A stretch of 64,000 nucleotides of DNA, taken from contig CAZVEX010000001.1 of the NCBI GenBank assembly GCA_964625535.1, positions 64,295 through 128,294 on the forward strand, read 5' to 3'. Source of the DNA: an uncultured Gammaproteobacteria bacterium. Lineage in GTDB: Bacteria > Patescibacteriota > Microgenomatia > Daviesbacterales > UBA10151. This document shows positions 9,319 to 17,742 of this stretch, one piece after another (within the stretch, counting starts at the first letter, position 1; each line of letters begins with the position of its first letter). Under the pieces are notes generated by a model that made no database searches, was not told the origin of the DNA, and saw nothing but the letters and a program-made list of their open reading frames with translations. Made by a program: the position numbers and the translations under genes.

Positions 9319-10049
9319 AGAAAAAGATCTGTCTTAAATCCTAATCTGGCTAAAATAAAAAGCCCTAGCACTTTAAATGTACCCAGGGAATATTTAATGC
9401 TGTTTTTCAGACTTGCCCCTCTTTTTTTGCCTGTATAACTAGTCTCAACCGGCACTTGAGCTATCCTGATTTTATGATAAGCTGCTTGGGCAATCAATTC
9501 AAAACTGAATAAATAATTATTCGAGTTCACTAAATAGTTTACCCTTTTAAGCATTTTTTTTGTGTAAACCCGAAATCCCTGATGGAAATCATCTAAGTTT
9601 ACACGCAGTATCATTTTATCGATAAGATTTAAAATTCTAATCGGAACCCATTTCCAAAAATACATGCCAGATTTTAACGGATTATCTGAAGTTCTGAAAC
9701 GGTTGCCCAAAATAAATTCTGAACCCGCTTCTATTTCTTTCAAAGCCCCGGGGATAGCTGAAGACTTATATTCGCCGTCCGGGTGAATATCTATAATTAT
9801 ATCTGCTCCGTCTTCAAGCGCTAATTTTAGGGCTCTTTTCATATTGCCGCCATAACCCAAATTGACCGAGTTACGATATGATTTGATTCCAAGTTTTTTT
9901 GCCAGTTTAAAAGTATTGTCATGTGAGGCATCATCGACTAAGATTATTTCATCAACTAAATTTTTGGGAAAATCACGATAAAATTTTTCCAGAGTTTGGG
10001 AAGCATTAAAGGCTAAAAAAATCGTAATAATCTTTGTCCGTTTTTTCAT
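9315..10049 (-). CDS. GT2 glycosyltransferase, DPM1-like polyprenyl-phosphate sugar synthase type
   Basis: IITIFLAFNASQTL ... EIILVDDASHDNTFKLAKKLG ... ADIIIDIHPDGEY; 244 aa. Confidence 0.7.
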   Translation of the reverse strand: MKKRTKIITIFLAFNASQTLEKFYRDFPKNLVDEIILVDDASHDNTFKLAKKLGIKSYRNSVNLGYGGNMKRALKLALEDGADIIIDIHPDGEYKSSAIPGALKEIEAGSEFILGNRFRTSDNPLKSGMYFWKWVPIRILNLIDKMILRVNLDDFHQGFRVYTKKMLKRVNYLVNSNNYLFSFELIAQAAYHKIRIAQVPVETSYTGKKRGASLKNSIKYSLGTFKVLGLFILARLGFKTDLFL

Positions 10050-10103
10050 ATGACATTATTGGTAAACATTATCACCAAAATAAAAATTTGGCAAGCCAAG
10101 ATG

Positions 10104-10997
10104 TTAATAATTTTTCTCTTTCTTATTTTTGGCAATAATTAATTCAATGGGGGACTGATTAATCAAATACAAAAAAATCTGCCAAAGAAACACAATCATA
10201 AATATTGGTGAGGCAATCATTAAGTAAAGCAGGGAAATATTTTTTTTAAATAAGGCTGAAGTATTAATTTTTAAAACTGCCAAAATACTGGCTACAAAAC
10301 CACCTAAAGAGTATTCAGGGGCTATGACACTTTGGCAAGAGAGTATTTTAAGATTATTATTTTTAAGTACTTTAATAAGTCCTCTTATCGTAAGATGAGT
10401 TAAATGTCTAGGGGGGTCCAGATGAAACCAATATTTTGAAAATATTTTTGATTCTAAACTGTTATATCTAGGAAATTCAATCATAACAAAACCGTTTTTA
10501 TTTAGAAGCGAGCTTGCTTTTTTAATATATTCTGCAGAATTTGAAATATGCTCCAGACTTTCCCAAAAAACCACGGCATCAAATTTTTGTTTTGTTTGCC
10601 ATTTAATAAAATCCTTTTTAATGACATCGGGGTTTTTAATTTCAGCACCCGGGACGTCTAAATTAATTACCTCAAATTGATCGGGTAAAGATCTACCGAA
10701 TATCCCTTCGCCAGAGCCTACATCCAAAATTTTCCCTGCACGTAAGTATTTTTTTACCCATTTTTTTCTACGGGCTTGGAATAATTGATATGACATTTCT
10801 TTTAATATTCCGGTTATGCCGGGACTTTCCCAATAAATATCAGAGTAATATTTTCCAATATTTTTAGGTACAGGATAGGTGAATCCTAGAAAACAGTTGT
10901 TACAATAAAGAATATGGAATTTTTGGTTGAGTGTAGGTAGAGTTATGGTAGCATTTGTTTGACACTGTGGACATCGTAGTTTATTCTTTGATTTCAT
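10104..10997 (-). CDS. Class I SAM-dependent methyltransferase with N-terminal zinc ribbon
   Basis: Start placed at MKSKNKLRCPQCQ...CNNCF (ATG rc at 10995-10997; ORF-track TTG start at 11027 would collide with divergent gene); SAM motif ILDVGSGEGIFGRSL. Confidence 0.7.
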   Translation of the reverse strand: MKSKNKLRCPQCQTNATITLPTLNQKFHILYCNNCFLGFTYPVPKNIGKYYSDIYWESPGITGILKEMSYQLFQARRKKWVKKYLRAGKILDVGSGEGIFGRSLPDQFEVINLDVPGAEIKNPDVIKKDFIKWQTKQKFDAVVFWESLEHISNSAEYIKKASSLLNKNGFVMIEFPRYNSLESKIFSKYWFHLDPPRHLTHLTIRGLIKVLKNNNLKILSCQSVIAPEYSLGGFVASILAVLKINTSALFKKNISLLYLMIASPIFMIVFLWQIFLYLINQSPIELIIAKNKKEKNY

Positions 10998-11026
10998 CTC
11001 TTGGGTTTTATTATATAATAATTTCA

Positions 11027-12904
11027 ATGAATAAAACTATTAAATTAGTTCAAAATACGGTATTGCTTACATTTTTAATAGTTACGGTTGTTACCTCCAA
11101 CTATTATCTGTTAAGCGATTCGCTGACTTTGGGTTTTAAGCCGGATGATTGGATTCTATTTTTTTCCTATAAGGCTCTTGGCACGAATCCTCTTTCTCAA
11201 ATTGCATCGGTTTGGGCTGAAAGGGGAATATATACCACATACCAAGTTTACTATATGGGTTTTTTGGATAGCCTTTTTGGATTAAATTATTATTCATTTC
11301 ACTTTGTTAACTTAATTTTTAAGATTGTTGCCACCATAAGTTTATACCCTTTAATTCTAGTACTGTTTAAAAACAAGTTACTAGCAGTTTTATCCGTAAT
11401 TCTATTTGCTATTAGTCATTCAACAGTAGGTCCCTTAGAGCTTGTTGTTAAGGGGAGCGATTATTTAGCCATCATTTGGATGAATCTATTTTTGTTGATA
11501 TATTATCTAATCATTGTAAATAAGCTGGTTGGATTAAAATATCACTTTCTTTTATTTATTCTTTTTATTCTATCTCTGGCTTTTTCACCGATTAGGATTT
11601 TCCCGCTTGTAGTAATTCCACCACTGGTTGAAATATTTTTGATACTGAAACATTTTGATTGGGCTGTAATGAAAAAGTCTTTAATCAGACTGGCAGTTCT
11701 TTACTGGCCCTTTGTTATTTTAATTCTGTATTCCCCTATCTCTGTCTTGGGGGATGCGAAAGGCCTTTTTGGCGTATTTGATGCTGTTTTAAAAGGCAAT
11801 TGGTTTTATGTTTTAGCACCAATTTCCGGTATTGGTCATACTTTCATAGCCAATGATTTTTGGGGCAAAATTTTCGGTTTGTTAACAACAGATAAATTTA
11901 ACCATTATCTACTTTTCTTATCCGGGGGTCCCACAGTTATCTGTGGGGTATTGACTTTGTTACTATCCTGGTCGAGAATTTTAAAACAAAAGCTTCTTTT
12001 TTTTATCCTTACTTCATTATTGAATTTTATAGTTCAGATTTTATTTTTCTTTGTCGCGTTCCATCATTTGCAAGTACCTGCCATTGTGAAGGCAAATTAT
12101 GATCCTTCAAATCTTTATTCGGTAATTTTTGGAGGATATATATTGGTAGTTGGTTTTATGATATTTCTGAACTGGTTAAAATGGGATAGAGATAGAATTT
12201 TAGCCTCACTCTGGATTGGTTCAGCCTTTTTATTTATTTTTACTTTTCTGACATGGTTGTTTGCTCCTTTGGGAACAGGGTTTAACGCTACCAGCTACTA
12301 TCTGGTGGTTGCCTCAATCGGATCGTCTCTGATGGTTGCGGCCTTTTTAGTTTCGGTCTACGATAAACTTAAGTTTAGCAGGACAAAACTATTAGCTTTT
12401 CTGCCATTTTTAATTCTTATCTTGATTTTTGGAATGAGCAGTTATGAGATTCGCCAGAGGTTTTCCGGTCTAAATAAAGATGGCCGTGGCGCGGCTGGAC
12501 AGATTATAATGCAAGAAGAGGCAAGACGGGTTTTGAAAGACTACAAGGTGGGAGATTTTATTCTGGTTTATTTTGATACTTCGGATATTGGCGGTAATGG
12601 GTCATTTTATTCAGAAGGATTTTTGACAAGCTTCCCTTTTTTTATGCATTTTCGTAATAACAGAATAGCTGACGGTTGCATTGGAGTAATTTTCGAAGAT
12701 AGTAACATGGTAGAATTAAGGAAATTGGTGCAAGATAAAAATGGAATAAAAGGATTTAATTATCAGGGTTTATGTGTAACGGAAGGAAAAAGCAGCTTAA
12801 GAACTTTATTTTTTACCCGGGATCACTTTTATGCATTCAAAATTAAAGATAGAAAACTGATTGATATTAAAGAAAGTGTTTTGAATCGGTTATATATTAA
12901 GTAA
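11027..12904 (+). CDS. Polytopic GT-C glycosyltransferase (PMT/ArnT, GT39/GT83-like), paralog 1
   Basis: Start at MNKTIK (ATG 11027) rather than 10955; >10 predicted TM helices; first extracytoplasmic loop carries DDW (LGFKPDDWILFFSYK) as in GT-C DE/DD catalytic loop; ~150-aa soluble C-terminal domain. Confidence 0.65.
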   Translation: MNKTIKLVQNTVLLTFLIVTVVTSNYYLLSDSLTLGFKPDDWILFFSYKALGTNPLSQIASVWAERGIYTTYQVYYMGFLDSLFGLNYYSFHFVNLIFKIVATISLYPLILVLFKNKLLAVLSVILFAISHSTVGPLELVVKGSDYLAIIWMNLFLLIYYLIIVNKLVGLKYHFLLFILFILSLAFSPIRIFPLVVIPPLVEIFLILKHFDWAVMKKSLIRLAVLYWPFVILILYSPISVLGDAKGLFGVFDAVLKGNWFYVLAPISGIGHTFIANDFWGKIFGLLTTDKFNHYLLFLSGGPTVICGVLTLLLSWSRILKQKLLFFILTSLLNFIVQILFFFVAFHHLQVPAIVKANYDPSNLYSVIFGGYILVVGFMIFLNWLKWDRDRILASLWIGSAFLFIFTFLTWLFAPLGTGFNATSYYLVVASIGSSLMVAAFLVSVYDKLKFSRTKLLAFLPFLILILIFGMSSYEIRQRFSGLNKDGRGAAGQIIMQEEARRVLKDYKVGDFILVYFDTSDIGGNGSFYSEGFLTSFPFFMHFRNNRIADGCIGVIFEDSNMVELRKLVQDKNGIKGFNYQGLCVTEGKSSLRTLFFTRDHFYAFKIKDRKLIDIKESVLNRLYIK

Positions 12905-12905
12905 A

Positions 12906-13652
12906 ATGATACATCATAAAAATAAAGGTTCTGAAGTTATAGTGGTAATTCCTGCATATAATTCGGAGAAAACAATTGAAAAAGTGTATAAAAGCATACC
13001 TCATGGGTTGGTCGATGAAGTAATTATAGTAGACGATGGATCTAAGGATAATACTGTTGTAGAGATAGAGCGTCTTGGTTTAGAACCAATCATCCATAAA
13101 AAAAATTTAGGGTATGGAGCAAATCAAAAAACTTTATATACTAATGCATTAAAAGCCGGGGCAAAATATGTAATTATGCTTCATCCGGATGATCAGTATG
13201 ACCCAAAAGATCTGCCAAAATTTATTGATGCTTTAAGAAATGGTAAAGGAGACCTAATTTTAGGATCCCGCTTTTTATCAAAAGGAGTTAATGAAACGCC
13301 GGGCTATAAATCAATTTCTTTAAAACTAATAGCAGTACTTTTTAATTTAATTTTAGGGTTACGTCTTTCAGAAGTTAATACTGGATACCGCGGTTATACT
13401 GCCAGATTACTAAAAACAATTCCTTTTTCAAAAAACGGCAACGGATATATTTTTGACCCGCAACTTATTATTCAAGCGGTTCATTTCGGTTTCAAAATTG
13501 CCGAAGTGCCGGTTTCCAAAAAATACAACAAAGAGGCAATCTCGCCCAATTTTTCAAAGTCTATTCATCATGGATTTGAGAATATGCAGCTTTTAATAGA
13601 ATATATTCTTCACCGTCTAAAATTGAAACAGGCTACTTTTTTAACAGCTTAA
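12906..13652 (+). CDS. GT2 glycosyltransferase, DPM1-like polyprenyl-phosphate sugar synthase type
   Basis: VIVVIPAYNSEKTIEKV ... EVIIVDDGSKDNT ... YVIMLHPDDQYDP; 248 aa; sandwiched between two GT-C paralogs. Confidence 0.75.
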   Translation: MIHHKNKGSEVIVVIPAYNSEKTIEKVYKSIPHGLVDEVIIVDDGSKDNTVVEIERLGLEPIIHKKNLGYGANQKTLYTNALKAGAKYVIMLHPDDQYDPKDLPKFIDALRNGKGDLILGSRFLSKGVNETPGYKSISLKLIAVLFNLILGLRLSEVNTGYRGYTARLLKTIPFSKNGNGYIFDPQLIIQAVHFGFKIAEVPVSKKYNKEAISPNFSKSIHHGFENMQLLIEYILHRLKLKQATFLTA

Positions 13653-13664
13653 TTTAATGCGAAT

Positions 13665-15554
13665 ATGAAAATGAAATTGTGGATATTTTTGCTCTTAATC
13701 GGTTTAGTTTTTTTTATCCAATTTACTCTCTTACAACCCATCATTCAATACAGATTATTTGTAGAAGATTGGACTCTGCTTACAGGTTATAAATATCTCT
13801 ATCCTAACCCCTTTTTAAGACTTGTGGATGTTTGGACGGGCAGCGGCGGCCTGCACACTACTGTCCAAATATACTATATCGGGATATTATCAGATTTTTT
13901 CGGATCTAATTACCAAGCATATCATATCGTAAATGTAATATTAAAAGGCATAGCTACCTTGACACTTTTTCCATTGGTATTGATTCTGTTTAGAAATAAA
14001 CTGTTAGCTTTTTTGACTACTACTTTCTACGCAATTAGCGCCGGCTCGGCAGGTCCTTTGATAATGGTAATTAAAGGTGGGGAGTATCTGGCGGTAGCAG
14101 CATTAAATGTATTCTTAATTGTTTATTATTATGCGATTTCTAAAAAGTCGGTTTTTCTTATCGCTATTTCATCTTTTTTATTTCTTCTTACTTTTCTTCT
14201 TTCCCCATCAAGAATGTTCCCAATTTTTTTTCTGGTTTTGCTGGTAGAAATATTTTGGTTAGTAAAGTCCAGAAGTCTTAAGAATTTAAAGTTTTCCCTA
14301 TTAAGGCTGGTATGTTTTTATATACCGGTTTTTTTGATTGCAAGATCTGCTCCTGTTTCTTCCTGCTGCCTGTTTGCTTCCCGTCCGCCCATTATTTTAA
14401 AAGAAATTCTTGATGGTAATTGGCATAATCTCCTTATTCCATTTGCCGGAATCGGTTATTCGCTTTTGACTACGGATTTTTGGAAATATTTTGGTCAAAT
14501 AGATTTTGCAACCTTCACTGATTTGGGGAATTACCTGCTTTTTCTTTTCAGGTCTTCTGTAATTTTCCTTTTTCTGACGATTATCATTTCAACAATAGTT
14601 TCCAAAAAGCCCGGTAAATTTTTCATTTTAGTTTTTGTCACAAATTTTATTCTGGATATTTTAATGTTTTTTGTAGCAAGTCACCATTTTTATATACCGG
14701 ACAAGCTTAGATCATTTATGGATCCTTCTTTCTACCTCATTACCAAATACCCGGCACTAGTGGCTATTTATATATTTACCGTATCTTTTTTTGCATTTTT
14801 AGAATGGAAAAAATCCGGAAGAAGCAAGCCCTTACTTATGGCCTTGTGGGTAGGCCCTGCTTTTTCGGTTGCTTTCTTATGGCCAACTTGGTTGGTTATA
14901 GGAACACTAATCGGTTATTATACTAGTGTTAGCTGGTACTTAATTATACCTCCAATAGGTCTTTCGTTATTTATATCTGCGATTCTAGTTTTGTTCTATG
15001 AGAAATTAAAATACAAAAGTTTGTCGAAGAGTATTGCCATATTAGTCATTTGTGCCATAATTTTCGTATTGTATAAAACAAGCGGGATGGAAATTACTAG
15101 AGCTTTTATGGCTATAAATTCGCAAAGAGTCAAGATAACCGATCAAGGATTGCTGCAGGATAAATTACTGGCAAAAATCGGCGACCGCTATAAAAGCGGA
15201 AACATTTTTGTCTATTTTGATATAGAAAATGATGTTAAATATTCTAAACAATATTATCAAGACGCACTGTCTTTAGATCATTTTGAATATTGGATGCATG
15301 TTAGAAGATCAGATGGTTTGGGTGGTTGCGTTTCCGGTATAAGCAATAAAGATGCTTTAAGGAAGACAGTTCAATCAATTGACGGGCAAGTTGAATTTGT
15401 TTACAAAGGGATTTGTATGGAGAAAGATAAGCAGGAAGTCCAGAAGTCTTACGATGCTATAGTTTATGATGTTAATGATTTCTACGCCTATAAATTAGAA
15501 AATGGGGAGTTTATAGATATTAAAGAACACACGCTTAAGGAGATAAACCCTTAA
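13665..15554 (+). CDS. Polytopic GT-C glycosyltransferase (PMT/ArnT-like), paralog 2
   Basis: Collinear with 11027..12904: LQPIIQYRLFVEDWTLLTGYKYLY (EDW loop motif), GGLHTTVQIYYIGILSDFFG, many TMs, soluble C-terminal domain ending FYAYKLENGEFIDIKEHTLKEI (compare FYAFKIKDRKLIDIKESVLNRL in paralog 1). Confidence 0.65.
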   Translation: MKMKLWIFLLLIGLVFFIQFTLLQPIIQYRLFVEDWTLLTGYKYLYPNPFLRLVDVWTGSGGLHTTVQIYYIGILSDFFGSNYQAYHIVNVILKGIATLTLFPLVLILFRNKLLAFLTTTFYAISAGSAGPLIMVIKGGEYLAVAALNVFLIVYYYAISKKSVFLIAISSFLFLLTFLLSPSRMFPIFFLVLLVEIFWLVKSRSLKNLKFSLLRLVCFYIPVFLIARSAPVSSCCLFASRPPIILKEILDGNWHNLLIPFAGIGYSLLTTDFWKYFGQIDFATFTDLGNYLLFLFRSSVIFLFLTIIISTIVSKKPGKFFILVFVTNFILDILMFFVASHHFYIPDKLRSFMDPSFYLITKYPALVAIYIFTVSFFAFLEWKKSGRSKPLLMALWVGPAFSVAFLWPTWLVIGTLIGYYTSVSWYLIIPPIGLSLFISAILVLFYEKLKYKSLSKSIAILVICAIIFVLYKTSGMEITRAFMAINSQRVKITDQGLLQDKLLAKIGDRYKSGNIFVYFDIENDVKYSKQYYQDALSLDHFEYWMHVRRSDGLGGCVSGISNKDALRKTVQSIDGQVEFVYKGICMEKDKQEVQKSYDAIVYDVNDFYAYKLENGEFIDIKEHTLKEINP

Positions 15555-16460
15555 TTATTTTCTTTGTAATTGCCGTTTAAACCTATCTAGCGCTTTTTCT
15601 ATGCCAGTAATATGGAATCCAAGAGACTCTATTTTTTTAGTACTTAACCAGGTATGTTGAGGCCTGGGGGCAATCCGTTTTTTGGATAAATTTAAAAATG
15701 ATATTGGTTTTATTAAAGTTGCGTCCAAGTTCATTATATGGGCAATTTTTTGAGCAAATTGAATAGGAGTTATATACTTTTGGGGAGAGTAATTTCCCGC
15801 CACATGGTAAATACCTGTTGCGCTACTTTCTAATAGAAATTTCAGAGCCTTTGCAATATCATCAACGCTTGTTGGTTTGATTTTTTGATCTTCTATTCCA
15901 AAATACGGCTCTTTATCTTTCAGTTTTTCAACAACTGCCCTGGCAATATCAAGTTTTCGTCTGTATACACCGCTGAAAGGATAGGAGATTCGAATGATTG
16001 AGAATTTTCCTCCGATTTGAATAATTCCCAGTTCACCTTCAGATTTGGTTATTGCATACCATGAATCTACCGGGTTAGGAGTATCTTCTTCAGTATAAGG
16101 ACTATCTTCCTTTTTTCCATTAAATACATAATCTGTTGAGATATGGTATAGAACCTTACCGGAAGATTTACAGGTTTCAGCTAGCCAAGTCGGCAAAAGA
16201 ACATTTATGGTATAAACTTCTCCGTCCCGGTCATTTTTTTCTTTTTCAGCTTCATCTACATTAGTATAGGCTGCAAAATTCAAAACAACACTGGCATCAG
16301 ATGATTGGACAGTTTTGGAAACTTCCTCTTTATTGGTTAGGTTTATCTTGATATCTGCATTATTTCTTCCAAGGGTAACAACTGAAAAATTGTTTTTAAC
16401 AAGCTCAATGAATCTTGAGCCGACCAAACCGGTAGAACCGGTAATTAGCAGTTTTTGCAT
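15555..16460 (-). CDS. RmlD-like nucleotide-4-keto-sugar reductase (second copy)
   Basis: MQKLLITGSTGLVGSRFIE; Y-x3-K in YAITKSEGE; 301 aa; abuts convergent GT-C gene with zero spacer. Confidence 0.7.
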   Translation of the reverse strand: MQKLLITGSTGLVGSRFIELVKNNFSVVTLGRNNADIKINLTNKEEVSKTVQSSDASVVLNFAAYTNVDEAEKEKNDRDGEVYTINVLLPTWLAETCKSSGKVLYHISTDYVFNGKKEDSPYTEEDTPNPVDSWYAITKSEGELGIIQIGGKFSIIRISYPFSGVYRRKLDIARAVVEKLKDKEPYFGIEDQKIKPTSVDDIAKALKFLLESSATGIYHVAGNYSPQKYITPIQFAQKIAHIMNLDATLIKPISFLNLSKKRIAPRPQHTWLSTKKIESLGFHITGIEKALDRFKRQLQRK

Positions 16461-16463
16461 ATT

Positions 16464-17633
16464 TTAGGAAGTGGCCTTTTTTATGGTATTGGCTACATAC
16501 TCCATGACCTCAACTGAAAGAGTCGGATGTACAGAGACCCAAAAGCTGCTGTGAAGCAATTGATCCGCATTGTTAAGTTTATCCCGGACTATCACATGGT
16601 CCAAAAAGGCAGGCTGGCGGGCAATATTCCCTGCCAAAATTGGCCGCCACTCAATGTTCGCTTTATCCAAAGCTTCCAAGACTTTTTTTCTTGGAATACC
16701 CTTTAAGGTAACAGGAAAAGTGTACCAGCAGACATCGGCCAGGGAATCAGCAACAGGTAAAACTATTCTATCTTCATATCTGGATAGTAATTTTTTTAGA
16801 ACTTGCGCATTTCTTTTCCTTGCCTTTTTAAATTCCTGTAACCTTCCAAGTTGTACCCTACCCATGGCTGCTTGCAGTTCCAGCGGTTTGAGGTTTGATC
16901 CCAGCTCGGAATATATATACCTTCTGTAATCGGCAGGGAAATCTCCCATCCCCTTTTTCCTATTTTCGAAATCTAAAATCCTTCCCCAATCCCTGATAGA
17001 AAGAACCCTGTCTGCTACATCGGAATTGTCGGTTAAGACTGCGCCTCCCTCTCCGGTTGATATGATATGAGCTGCATGGGTGGAGATAGCTGAAAATTCT
17101 CCAAAACTTCCCAGCATTTTTCCATCCCACATGCCGCCGAAACCGTCGCAATTATCCTCAATAATTTTTAGTTTGTTTTTCTTGGCAATTTTTAATATCT
17201 CATCCAGCTTACCTACTAGCCCTGCTGCATAGACAATAAAGATGGCAGAAGTTTTGTCGGTGATTGATTTTTCAACGGATTTTGGGGAGAGAAAATAATT
17301 CCCCAATTCTATATCGGCAACCACAGGTTTTAAACCGGAATTTATTAAAGATGCAATAGGGGTAGGAAATGAACAGGCGGGAACAATTACTTCCGACCCT
17401 TTTGATAACTGCAGTGCTCTTATTCCTAAATCCAGGGCCGAGGTACCCGAATTTGCTAAAATCGCCCTTTTTACCCCTTGGACTTTTGCCAGTTCCGACT
17501 CAAATAATTTTCCCTGTTCACTCAAACCCCACCAGTTTTTATCCAAAATTGCATCTATTGCCTTGCGTTCTTTTTTACCAAAAGCTACCCCGCCATATAA
17601 AACCCTGGTTTTTCCGGGGATAAATTTTTTCAT
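16464..17633 (-). CDS. DegT/DnrJ/EryC1-family PLP/PMP enzyme with His in place of the Schiff-base Lys: predicted sugar 3-dehydratase (ColD/E1-like) rather than aminotransferase
   Basis: Start placed at MKKFIPGKTRVLYGG (ATG rc 17631-17633); active-site stretch FSAISTHAAHIISTGEGGAV aligns to canonical SFHPVKNLGAFGDGGAV with K->H; immediately upstream of RmlD-like reductase. Confidence 0.6.
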   Translation of the reverse strand: MKKFIPGKTRVLYGGVAFGKKERKAIDAILDKNWWGLSEQGKLFESELAKVQGVKRAILANSGTSALDLGIRALQLSKGSEVIVPACSFPTPIASLINSGLKPVVADIELGNYFLSPKSVEKSITDKTSAIFIVYAAGLVGKLDEILKIAKKNKLKIIEDNCDGFGGMWDGKMLGSFGEFSAISTHAAHIISTGEGGAVLTDNSDVADRVLSIRDWGRILDFENRKKGMGDFPADYRRYIYSELGSNLKPLELQAAMGRVQLGRLQEFKKARKRNAQVLKKLLSRYEDRIVLPVADSLADVCWYTFPVTLKGIPRKKVLEALDKANIEWRPILAGNIARQPAFLDHVIVRDKLNNADQLLHSSFWVSVHPTLSVEVMEYVANTIKKATS

Positions 17634-17742
17634 TGTATTTTGCAGTTTAAGATGAGATTGTAAAAAAGTTTTTGTGAAAAAACAAGTATCTAAATTGATA
17701 GTGATTGACAATAATTTCTTTTAATTTAAAATTAAGAGATAA

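Noticed and set aside
10955-11027. Upstream-extended starts from the ORF track (10955, 24500, 51276 TTG, 53840, 58270 GTG, 39761, 5883)
   Set aside because: Each would create long overlaps with neighbouring genes or collide with a divergent gene; internal ATG/TTG starts at conserved N-termini (often forming ATGA/TTGA junctions) are more parsimonious.
16464-17633. Calling both Lys-less DegT-family proteins (16464..17633 and 42953..44182) ordinary aminotransferases
   Set aside because: Both have His at the Schiff-base Lys position whereas the third family member (29588..30697) retains SFHPVKNLG; dehydratase assignment fits better but remains to be tested.
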